The notes beneath the pieces were generated by a model, which saw only the letters and a program-made list of their open reading frames with translations, searched no databases and was not told the origin of the DNA. From Patescibacteria group bacterium (GTDB taxonomy: Bacteria; Patescibacteriota; Patescibacteriia; 2-12-FULL-60-25): a stretch of 64,000 bases of DNA. The translations under genes were made by a program, and so were the position numbers. Of this stretch, positions 55,939-64,000 are shown in pieces. Every line of letters starts with the position of its first letter. Positions within the stretch are counted from its first letter, which is position 1. The stretch lies in the NCBI GenBank assembly GCA_043818395.1, contig JBDRFZ010000030.1:10704-74703 (forward strand). The letters run 5' to 3'.

Positions 55939-56349
55939 TCAACTCGGCGGAGAAATGTTACTGTCTCTGCCGCGCAGTTTTTTTAAACTTTCTTGCAGTC
56001 TCTCACCAAGTCTTTTTTTGACAACCATTTTCTGCTCCAGCTCTCGTGCATAGGCCTGTAAATCTTTTGATGCTTTCGGTGTAAATTCAACGCGCGTTCC
56101 TTTTGGGTATTCTCTATGCAATCCTGCTTCCCCGATACCTATTATATGACTTCTTATTTCATCCACTCTTGATTGACTCTCCGCTTCTTCCTCTTGGGCT
56201 AATTTTTTTATATCCCGCGTGGGTTTTAGTTGTGCGATTTCTCCGACCTCGAGATTTTCAAAAGCCGCATCAAATTCTTCTGGAGTTATACGTTGAAGTT
56301 CCTGCTTGCTTTTTTGGGGATTGATTGGCGCTTCAAAATTCGGGGGCAT
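55939..56349 (-). CDS. hypothetical protein
   Basis: 136-aa ORF with charged, helical sequence and backbone composition. Confidence 0.45.
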   Translation of the reverse strand: MPPNFEAPINPQKSKQELQRITPEEFDAAFENLEVGEIAQLKPTRDIKKLAQEEEAESQSRVDEIRSHIIGIGEAGLHREYPKGTRVEFTPKASKDLQAYARELEQKMVVKKRLGERLQESLKKLRGRDSNISPPS

Positions 56350-56368
56350 AGCTTCTGAAAGAAAATAA

Positions 56369-57364
56369 TTATTTCGCCGGGTTTAACGGCGGTTTGCCAG
56401 AGAGAACAGCTATGATATTTTCAGCTGCCACCATGCTCATGGCTTCACGCGCTTCGATTGTGGCGCTGGCGATATGCGGCGTTAGAATGACATTGGGGAA
56501 TGCTTTGAGTTCCAAATTATCCGTTATATCGCAATCGATGGCTGGTTCACATTCAAACACATCCAGGCCGGCTCCGGCAATACGCTTGGTTTTTAAAGCT
56601 CTAAGCAGGGCCTTTTCATCCACTACCGGACCGCGCGCCGTATTTATCAAAAATGCGGTTTTTTTCATGAGCGAGAATTCAGCAGTTGAAATTAAATGCT
56701 TGGTAGATGGAAGTAGCGGCACGTGAAGCGAAACGAAATCAGCTGTTTGCAGGAGTTTTTCCATGGTCATTTCTACGGCGCCCAGTTCTTTTTCTAATTC
56801 CGGATTCGGACGCATATCTGAATAAACGAGCTTCATACCAAAACCTTTGACCGCACGTCTGGCGGCAGCTGAACCAATACGCCCTGCGCCGATTATGCCC
56901 ATGGTTTTACCGTACAAGTCAGTACCCGTGAAAAGGTTGGGAGACCAACCTGTATATTTCTTAGCCTTAGAAAATGCATCAGCCTCCGGTATTCGCCGCG
57001 CGAGCGATATCATGAGCGCAAAAGTGTGTTCGGCCACGGCCTCGTTCACTTTATCGGATGGTGTATTGGTTACGATTACGTTGCGTTTTTTGGCAGCCGC
57101 TAAATCAACGTTATCAAAACCTACGGCGTAATTGGCTACGATTTTTAGTGACGGTCCGGCAGCTTTGAGGACTCCATCATCAATTTTATCCGTCAAAAGC
57201 GATAAAAGAGCATCGCATCCTTTTACCTTCTGAAGAAGGATTTTTCTGTGGATCACCTGGTCTTCGGAATAGACCTCGACCCTGTACCCCCGGGCTTTCA
57301 AGGCCTTAATCCCCGAATCAGCGAACTTTCGTGTTACAAAAATGGATGATTTTTTGTCTGGCAT
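56369..57364 (-). CDS. D-isomer-specific 2-hydroxyacid dehydrogenase (glyoxylate/hydroxypyruvate reductase-like)
   Basis: NAD motif GIIGAGRIGSAAARR. Catalytic-region motifs INTARG, LDVFE.EP and TPHIASAT. Confidence 0.85.
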   Translation of the reverse strand: MPDKKSSIFVTRKFADSGIKALKARGYRVEVYSEDQVIHRKILLQKVKGCDALLSLLTDKIDDGVLKAAGPSLKIVANYAVGFDNVDLAAAKKRNVIVTNTPSDKVNEAVAEHTFALMISLARRIPEADAFSKAKKYTGWSPNLFTGTDLYGKTMGIIGAGRIGSAAARRAVKGFGMKLVYSDMRPNPELEKELGAVEMTMEKLLQTADFVSLHVPLLPSTKHLISTAEFSLMKKTAFLINTARGPVVDEKALLRALKTKRIAGAGLDVFECEPAIDCDITDNLELKAFPNVILTPHIASATIEAREAMSMVAAENIIAVLSGKPPLNPAK

Positions 57365-57446
57365 ATATTTTCAATTTATATATTATGCTATTCCCATGAA
57401 AACGGGAATCCAGGATCTTGAGGTCTGGATTTTAATTAATGGAAGG

Positions 57447-58445
57447 TTAAGGCAAGCTAAAGGGCTGTAAAACTTTTAATTTTTTACTTTTCTTTCCTTT
57501 ATCATTTGCGGCGCGTTTGGCGACCATCCGGAGTGGGGGCAGCAGCAGATTTACGATCATAAGAATTATTACCAGCCGCGGTACCGTTACACCATCGTTA
57601 AAATATTTATTCCCAATAAAAAGCGCGAGCGTATTGTTCATATAAACCATGCAGAGGGCGATGGTCGCTTTTTCCGAAGCAGCGCGCCACCAGGTTATGA
57701 CATAACCGAGCCAGGTTATGCCTCCGAGGTAGATAAGCATGACGACTAGGATGCCGACCTCATCCCAACCGATGGTTACGATCGAACCTCCGGTGGTATC
57801 TGCCACGATGCCGGCGATCAGGAGCCCGAAAGCGATAACCGAAATCTGCGCCCACCATTTATCGTGATCTTTGACGAATTTTTTTGCGCGACGCTGGACG
57901 AACATGGCTACGATAAACGGCACAACGATCGTCAGTAGAAGATCTGTAAAAAGTTTAAAAGTCGGAATCGGGATGCTTTGTCCGATCATGAACTGGAAAA
58001 CCAAGGGTACGGTAAAAGGTGCGATAAGCGACGTTGTGGCCGTAATTACAAGCGCGAGCGTTGTTTTACCTCCAAAAAATTCGGCGATGAGAGCAATGGT
58101 CATACCGGTCGGCATAGCGCCGACAATGAGGAAGGGCAGCGCCCAATCCGGAGCAAAAAGGCTCGGCGGAAACCACATGGCAATAGGCATGAAAACCAAC
58201 ATGAAAAAAGTTGTGAGCAAAACCATTTTCCAGTCTTTGGCGTATTCTTTGAGTTCATCAAATGAGAGGCGCAGGCTGGAGGTAAAAAAAATCAGGATCA
58301 GAAGAAAGGTGCCGTAAGGGGCGATGGGTCTAAAAATATCAGGCCATAAAAGTCCGACCACTAGGGCCAGGAAAACGACCATTATTTGGTTTTCAGTCAG
58401 TAAATGCCTGAGCCGGTCGATAAGGTTCATACTAAATACGTTCAA
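57447..58445 (-). CDS. bile acid:Na+ symporter (BASS/SBF-like) family transporter
   Basis: About 10 transmembrane helices with a size and hydrophobic pattern like SBF-type transporters. The family assignment is tentative. Confidence 0.5.
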   Translation of the reverse strand: MNVFSMNLIDRLRHLLTENQIMVVFLALVVGLLWPDIFRPIAPYGTFLLILIFFTSSLRLSFDELKEYAKDWKMVLLTTFFMLVFMPIAMWFPPSLFAPDWALPFLIVGAMPTGMTIALIAEFFGGKTTLALVITATTSLIAPFTVPLVFQFMIGQSIPIPTFKLFTDLLLTIVVPFIVAMFVQRRAKKFVKDHDKWWAQISVIAFGLLIAGIVADTTGGSIVTIGWDEVGILVVMLIYLGGITWLGYVITWWRAASEKATIALCMVYMNNTLALFIGNKYFNDGVTVPRLVIILMIVNLLLPPLRMVAKRAANDKGKKSKKLKVLQPFSLP

Positions 58446-59442
58446 TTATTTTTACTTTAGTGATTTGGTTGGTTCCAGGGTAAGCTTTCAAAATTCCCGC
58501 CTTGGCACCCATATGCGTAACCACGCCAAAGGCGTTTAAGGATCCGACTTTCAACGCTTTTTTCAGGTCACCGTCTTTAATTATTGCAGCTGTAAATGCG
58601 CTACCAAAGGCATCGCCAGCGCCAGTCGTATTGATAGCTTTTCCTTTCAGAGCCGATGCACGCCAAGTATAACCGCGTGAGTAGACGTGTGCTCCATGAC
58701 TGCCATCGGTAATAATAAGCGCGGTTCTAGGCAGGGGGGATAATGTTTTAACGATCAGATCTTCATGACGCGGAGTCGTGTTGGTGAGTGCGGCGGCTTC
58801 TTCCAGATTTAAGAATAATAAATCGGTTTGCATGATAAATGGCAATAGTTTTTTAAGACCTAATTCGATTTCTTTGTTTCCGGGATTCCAGGCAATCTGC
58901 GTTAAATTGCTTTTTGCATGTTCAAATATTTTTTTTATAAAATCCATTTTACCGGCCACACTGGTCAAATAAATCCAATTCGATTTTACTCTCTTCCAGT
59001 CAGTTGCTTTTACGTCCAGGTTACTTGATGCTCCGCGGTAGACCAGGATGGCGCGATGTCCTGTTCCTGAAAGCAAAATAATCGAATAAGCGGTACGGTG
59101 TATTTTGTCTTTTTGGATGCTCGAGGTGTCTATTTTTTCGGTTTTTAGTTTTTCTAGAATTTCACGTCCGCCTATGTCGTACCCGACACGTGAGATGCAC
59201 CCGGTTTTCAGCCCAAAACGCGCAAATGTCACAGCTGCGTTTGTAGCGCCTCCGCCGGTTTCAAAAACCAGTTCGTCGATGGGTATTTTTGCACCCAGCG
59301 GCAAACAGGCGTTAAAACCGTCAGGTGCCGTGTCTGACGGTATGTTTTCAAATTTTTTACTCCTGACAAATACATCGCGCGTAGCTGCGCCGATGGTGAT
59401 GACATCCAGGCCGTTTTTATTAGTCTTTGTTTTTGATTGCAT
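58432..59442 (-). CDS. PfkB-family carbohydrate kinase
   Basis: GGGATNAA N-terminal motif and a C-terminal NTTGAGDAFGSAF. Overlaps the downstream gene by 14 nt. Confidence 0.8.
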   Translation of the reverse strand: MQSKTKTNKNGLDVITIGAATRDVFVRSKKFENIPSDTAPDGFNACLPLGAKIPIDELVFETGGGATNAAVTFARFGLKTGCISRVGYDIGGREILEKLKTEKIDTSSIQKDKIHRTAYSIILLSGTGHRAILVYRGASSNLDVKATDWKRVKSNWIYLTSVAGKMDFIKKIFEHAKSNLTQIAWNPGNKEIELGLKKLLPFIMQTDLLFLNLEEAAALTNTTPRHEDLIVKTLSPLPRTALIITDGSHGAHVYSRGYTWRASALKGKAINTTGAGDAFGSAFTAAIIKDGDLKKALKVGSLNAFGVVTHMGAKAGILKAYPGTNQITKVKIIERI

Positions 59443-59602
59443 GGGTATATTGTAGCACTGATTAGCCTCTCCATCTTCCCCTCACAAAAAGGACGCTTAC
59501 ATCTTGACTTTTTACCGAAAAACGGCTAGTTTTTTATTGTCCGTATGGTCTACTGACCATTTGACTGACGGGCGTGAGGCGCTCCTTAAAAGGAACTAAG
59601 AC

Positions 59603-60292
59603 ATGGAAGATGATTTTACAAATCCGGAAGAGTGGCAACTAACGGCTTTGCATTGCTTTATCGACTCCGATCGATTGACCGCGAAAGATGTTCAAAAGGC
59701 GTTGGAACTACTCGCGCCCAAGATCATCAAAGCCGAAGGTTTGAGCGATGTCGGGACAGATCCGTTGGACGCTCTGAATTTGAGGACATGCAAATACTGG
59801 GAAGATGAAATTGGCGTTCCCGGGTGTGGCGTAAGAGTCGCGGCCATGCTTCGTTTCATGTACGTTTCCAGGTTCGAGCTCAAACCGCCTATGCCGGATT
59901 TGCTGGATCGTCTGCATGATCTGGAGTGCGGAGAAGAAATAGGCGTGGTTTTGACGGTCGGACCGGGTAAAGCAGAGTCCGTGATTCATGATTTTGGGCA
60001 CGGTTTTATTCTCGGTATGAATCGCGCTAAGAAAATGCGGTTCCCGCTTCCGTCCATTGACGCAAAAAAACTTGACCAAAAATTCATGGCCATGGCTGAT
60101 AACGTACTTCCAGCATATCTTTCACCGAAATTGAAGTCAGCTTTCGCCAGGGTTCTGATTTCCCTGGTTAGTGAAATATGCGCGACAAATATCCAGGTTG
60201 GCAGTTTTCAATCAATCCAGGATATCTGGTCTTATGGCAATCTGATACTTGGACTGAATCAGGGCACGGTTTTGATCCTGGCTGACTGCTGA
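59603..60292 (+). CDS. hypothetical protein
   Basis: 229-aa ORF followed by a clean terminator at 60314-60352. Confidence 0.5.
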   Translation: MEDDFTNPEEWQLTALHCFIDSDRLTAKDVQKALELLAPKIIKAEGLSDVGTDPLDALNLRTCKYWEDEIGVPGCGVRVAAMLRFMYVSRFELKPPMPDLLDRLHDLECGEEIGVVLTVGPGKAESVIHDFGHGFILGMNRAKKMRFPLPSIDAKKLDQKFMAMADNVLPAYLSPKLKSAFARVLISLVSEICATNIQVGSFQSIQDIWSYGNLILGLNQGTVLILADC

Positions 60293-60313
60293 AGTCGAAT
60301 ACAACCGTTCTAA

Positions 60314-60352
60314 AAACGCCGCGCTTGAGCGCAAAGCCCGCCGGCGTTTTTT
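60314..60352 (+). terminator. rho-independent terminator
   Basis: AAACGCCG...CGGCGTTT stem enclosing a GCGC...GCGC inner stem, followed by a T-run. Confidence 0.7.
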
Positions 60353-60415
60353 CTTATTTTTTACGAGGCATCTTTTCAATAGCTACTTAAGTCATGTAGC
60401 ATTAAGGTAAATCAT

Positions 60416-62119
60416 ATGAAAGCTAAATATCTATTTTTATCCGCAATAGCGATCCTGGGTTTTGTTTTGCCCGGTACAGCAAAAGCCGAGGAGGTCATTA
60501 AAAATTTTGACGTGACAGCTACGGTACAGACTGACCGCAATGTAATTTTCGAAGAAAAAATCACTTATGATTTCGGTGACGAGGAAAGACATGGGATATT
60601 CCGTTATATTCCGGAGAAGTACTACATTAAAGGGGTTACTTACAGATTACGCTATAAGGTTTTGGATATTTTACGAGACGGAGCTGAGGAGCCTTATATA
60701 GAGTCAAGTGATGCCGGAGATTTGTATTTAAAAATCGGAGATGCGGATGTAACGATTACGGGTCCGCATGAATACGTCATCAGGTATTCCACGGATCGAG
60801 TTTTAAATTCTTTTGATGATCACGATGAGTTGTACTGGAATGTAACCGGTAATGAATGGCAGGTGCCTATCGAGCAGTCTTCCATGACCATTATTTTACC
60901 GGCGGCAGCATCGGCCTCACAAATACAAATGGCTTGCTATACGGGTTTCGTGGATTCAACCGAAAATGCGTGCGACAGCTCGGTTATGGCCGCGGGCATG
61001 CAAATAAAGACTAAGCGTGTTTTATTGCCATATGAGGGCCTGACGGCGGTATTCGGTCTGCCTAAAGGTATAGTAAAAGAGCTGACCTGGATGGATAAAA
61101 TTTGGAGGGTTTTGGCGGATAACGGCGTGATATTTTTCCCGATTTTTGCATTTATAATTATGTTTTCTTTATGGCGAAAATCAGGCAAAGACCCGTCAAA
61201 GGGAACTGTTATTCCTGAATATGAACCACCGCAAAAACTGTCTCCGGCCATGATAGGAGCGGCTATGACAGAAGGCAGGGTTCCAAGCAGTGCCGTCTCG
61301 GCGACTATTGTTGACTTGGCGCGTCGCGGTTATCTGAAAATAAAAATTGATGATGAAAAAGGAGTCTTCGGGGCAACTCAGAAATTCACTTTCTCAAGAT
61401 TGGAAGAAAATTATTCGGGGCTGGCAGATTACGAACAGGAGATTATGCGCGGAATATTCAAGGATAGTGGAGAAACTACATTGGATGATTTGCGCAAAGA
61501 GGGGAAGTTTTATTCCACGGTTACGACTTTCAAGAGCGACATTCAAAAATCCATAGACGCCTTAAAACTTTTCGACGCGAATCCAAGCAGGACTCGTTCG
61601 GCTTATATAACAGTCGCCGGTCTCTTGGGATTTTTCTTGTTCTTTTTTCTCGTAGCCTTTCCATTGGGAGTATTTTCGGCAATTTCCACGGCATTTATAA
61701 TCGGCATTTTTGGATTCTTTATGCCACGCCGTACGTCGGTCGGAATAAAATTATTGACGGATATCGAAGGTTTCAAATGGTTTTTATCGGTTACCGAAAA
61801 AGACAGGATGGCTTTCCATAACGCACCGGAACGCAAACCCGAACAATTCCAAGCGTTACTGCCGTATGCCATCGTGTTCGGTGTCGAAGAACAGTGGGCG
61901 AAACAGTTTGAATCCATGCAACTGCCTCCGCCGGAATGGGCTGAAGGCACAGCCATGTCTCATATGACGACCTTTGCTCTTATTTCACATCTAAGCAGTA
62001 TGGAAAGAAGTTTTTCCGGTATATCATCTCCGCCTAGTCATTCTTCATCCGGCGGATCCGGTTTTTCCGGTGGTTCATCCGGCGGCGGAGGAGGAGGGGG
62101 GGGAGGGGGAAGTTGGTAG
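60416..62119 (+). CDS. DUF2207-family membrane protein
   Basis: Signal peptide. N-terminal IKNFDVTATVQTDRNVIFEEKITYDFGDEERHGIFRYIP, several transmembrane helices, and a C-terminal Gly run ending in SW. All are typical of DUF2207 proteins. Confidence 0.7.
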   Translation: MKAKYLFLSAIAILGFVLPGTAKAEEVIKNFDVTATVQTDRNVIFEEKITYDFGDEERHGIFRYIPEKYYIKGVTYRLRYKVLDILRDGAEEPYIESSDAGDLYLKIGDADVTITGPHEYVIRYSTDRVLNSFDDHDELYWNVTGNEWQVPIEQSSMTIILPAAASASQIQMACYTGFVDSTENACDSSVMAAGMQIKTKRVLLPYEGLTAVFGLPKGIVKELTWMDKIWRVLADNGVIFFPIFAFIIMFSLWRKSGKDPSKGTVIPEYEPPQKLSPAMIGAAMTEGRVPSSAVSATIVDLARRGYLKIKIDDEKGVFGATQKFTFSRLEENYSGLADYEQEIMRGIFKDSGETTLDDLRKEGKFYSTVTTFKSDIQKSIDALKLFDANPSRTRSAYITVAGLLGFFLFFFLVAFPLGVFSAISTAFIIGIFGFFMPRRTSVGIKLLTDIEGFKWFLSVTEKDRMAFHNAPERKPEQFQALLPYAIVFGVEEQWAKQFESMQLPPPEWAEGTAMSHMTTFALISHLSSMERSFSGISSPPSHSSSGGSGFSGGSSGGGGGGGGGGSW

Positions 62120-62145
62120 GGGTGGGATTTCCCCGCTTTAAAAAA

Positions 62146-62178
62146 AGACCCCGGGACAAAGATTTGTCTCGGGGTCTT
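62146..62178. terminator. bidirectional hairpin between convergent genes
   Basis: AAGACCCCGGGACA (62146-62159) pairs with TGTCTCGGGGTCTT (62165-62178), flanked by A- and T-runs. Confidence 0.65.
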
Positions 62179-62196
62179 GTTGAGTTTTTTTGGCCG

Positions 62197-62760
62197 TCAA
62201 TCGCGGCTTTTGAGAAGGCCGTCGAGCTTGTGTTGGTTCAGCTCTCCGGTTCCATCTGTGGGCTTGGCGTAGAACAGCTCCTCTCGGGTGATTTCGACGC
62301 CCGGGATCACAGAAGCTCCATCCGGATTTTTGTTCATGGCCTGCTTATCAAGCTGCGGTTCAACCCGGAAGAAGTCGGTCAGCTTGAGCTCCTGTACTGC
62401 GGCGAGAACGGCGGCTTCATTTTGCACTGAGACCCTGGGCGGCGTGTTCCGCCAGAAGACTTTGCCGGTCCCGAGGTCCACGGTCTTCTTTTTACCGTCC
62501 TGGGTGAGTTCCCTCCGTCGTACGTCCGCAAAAGCCTTGAGTGCATCGAAGGCCGCTCCCATGTCTCCATAGATCGGAGTCAGCTCGGCGTTGGCTTCTT
62601 CCTGGAGCTTGGAAATGGCGGCGTCGGTCTTGTCCGAAACGGTTTTGGCTTGGCGCTGCATTGCACCGAGCCTGGCCAGGAGTTCGCCGGCTTCTTTGAT
62701 GTCTTGAGGAATCGGTATCTTAGGCAATGTGACAACTGAACCAGATTTTTTTCCTGCCAT
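62197..62760 (-). CDS. gam: phage Mu Gam-like host-nuclease inhibitor (Ku-like DNA-end-binding) protein
   Basis: Aligns along its length with my recollection of Mu Gam: LGAMQRQAKTV... coiled coil, RRRELTQDGKKKTVDLGTGKVFWRNTPPRVSV and FFRVEPQLDKQAM. GC-rich. Confidence 0.8.
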   Translation of the reverse strand: MAGKKSGSVVTLPKIPIPQDIKEAGELLARLGAMQRQAKTVSDKTDAAISKLQEEANAELTPIYGDMGAAFDALKAFADVRRRELTQDGKKKTVDLGTGKVFWRNTPPRVSVQNEAAVLAAVQELKLTDFFRVEPQLDKQAMNKNPDGASVIPGVEITREELFYAKPTDGTGELNQHKLDGLLKSRD

Positions 62761-63107
62761 GATTTACACCTCTGAAAACGAAAAATGAACGCACGGTCAG
62801 CCGACCGTGCGCGCAATTTGGCAGATTTTTAACTTTTGGTCAAGATTCACCGCTCACTGCTGACCCAACTTCCTTATGTGCTCGAATAGTTCTCAGCTGG
62901 AAATACATCATCTACTTCTTCGCGACTGTGTTACGGATGGGATGTAGAATGTGATTGTCGTCTTGAGCTTGTCGACCTGTCCCGACCGTAGCGTCGGGAA
63001 GGACCTTTTTTGGTTCGATGAAATCTCAAAAGATCCTTCGACTCCGCTCCGTAGAGTTTACCCTGAGCAGAGCCGAAGGGCTCAGGACGACAACTCTCAA
63101 CTCCGCA

Positions 63108-64000
63108 TTATCCTCTCCCCGCACTGCCAAATAGTTTCATTTTCCTCTTTGCCACTTCGCACATGAGCAGATTGGCCGGTTCCAAGAGTTTTCGCGGATC
63201 AATTACTCTTGGCAGATCATGAACCGCTTCGCGAATCCCGGCGGTAAAAGCCAGGCGCAAATCTGTATCGATATTAATTTTAGCCACGCCGTGCTTTGTA
63301 GCCTGTTTGATATCCGTATCCAATACACCGCGCGCTTCGCCGAGCTTGGCGCCGTATTTTTCAGCCAGCGCTTTTACGTCTTCCAACACGCCGGACGCGC
63401 CATGAAGAACGATGGGTAACTTTACAAGTTTAGCGATATGTTTCAGTCTTTCAATGTCCAGATGTGTTTTACCTTTGAACTTAAAAGCTCCGTGGCTTGT
63501 GCCGATGGCAACGGCGAGTGAATCACAGCCGGTCTCTTTGGCAAAACGCGCAGCTTCTTTCGGATCTGTCAGCTTGGCATCTTTTTCTTCGACGCTGACC
63601 AAGTCTTCGATGCCGGCCAAAGCACCGATCTCGGCTTCTACTGAAACTCCTTTTTTCTTTGCCCAGGCTACAACTTGTTTGGTATTTTTAACATTTTTAG
63701 CATAAGGCAATGCAGATCCGTCGTACATAACCGAGGTGTAGCCGCTTTGAATTGCCTGGCGAACAATTTTCAAGTCTTTTCCATGGTCTAAGTGCATAAC
63801 TACCGGAACCGGAGCTTTGGCCGCGACGTGAACCATGGCAATTAAATAATCCATACCTGCGTATTCAATGGCTCCTTCCGAGGTCTGAACGATAACCGGC
63901 GATTTCATCTTTTGAGCCGCACTGATTACAGCTTTTAGAAATTCCAAGTCATTAACATTGAAGGCCGGAACAGCGTAGCGTTTGGCGCGCGCCGGAACTA
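63108..64000 (-). CDS. fba: class II fructose-bisphosphate aldolase (N-terminus beyond the window end)
   Basis: HLDHGKD, GTSHGAFKF and VLHGASG motifs. The reading frame stays open through AVPAFNVNDLEFLKAV to base 64000. Confidence 0.85.
   Translation of the reverse strand, partial: VPARAKRYAVPAFNVNDLEFLKAVISAAQKMKSPVIVQTSEGAIEYAGMDYLIAMVHVAAKAPVPVVMHLDHGKDLKIVRQAIQSGYTSVMYDGSALPYAKNVKNTKQVVAWAKKKGVSVEAEIGALAGIEDLVSVEEKDAKLTDPKEAARFAKETGCDSLAVAIGTSHGAFKFKGKTHLDIERLKHIAKLVKLPIVLHGASGVLEDVKALAEKYGAKLGEARGVLDTDIKQATKHGVAKINIDTDLRLAFTAGIREAVHDLPRVIDPRKLLEPANLLMCEVAKRKMKLFGSAGRG

Overview
This window reads as a chromosome segment from an AT-rich, small-genome bacterium. The gene content, an intron-bearing 23S rRNA and a 23S-5S operon with no 16S upstream are reminiscent of Patescibacteria/CPR, but that is inference only and no search was run. 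The backbone carries housekeeping genes: gpsA, a copper-handling pair (HMA-TauE fusion and CopA), nifS-nifU-ferredoxin, rpsF-ssb-rpsR, epmA-efp, a RimK-like ligase, tRNA-Leu, a CCA-adding enzyme, EndoQ, an RRM protein, tRNA-Ala, sugar and hydroxyacid enzymes, a DUF2207 membrane protein and class II aldolase. The 23S gene has two insertions, each encoding a single-motif LAGLIDADG endonuclease. Four visibly GC-rich patches interrupt the backbone, at about 12.07-13.57, 15.07-17.79, 32.0-45.08 and 62.12-63.1 kb. The largest patch (about 13 kb) is the most interesting part of the window. It opens with about 2 kb of ORF-poor, hairpin-dense sequence behind a consensus-like promoter. It then encodes an orphan Csx3-like protein, a P-loop NTPase and HicAB. 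These are followed by a cassette of three small genes, a MoxR AAA+ ATPase, a vWA protein, a 687-aa unknown and a 192-aa unknown. Several families of paralogous non-coding modules run through the island, including hairpins with conserved loops and covarying stems. No CRISPR array, cas effector genes or integrase are visible. A cluster of DnaA boxes lies immediately right of the island and is a candidate oriC, although dnaA is not in the window. All domain calls come from motif recognition by eye. Coordinates of RNA ends, intron junctions and promoters are approximate.
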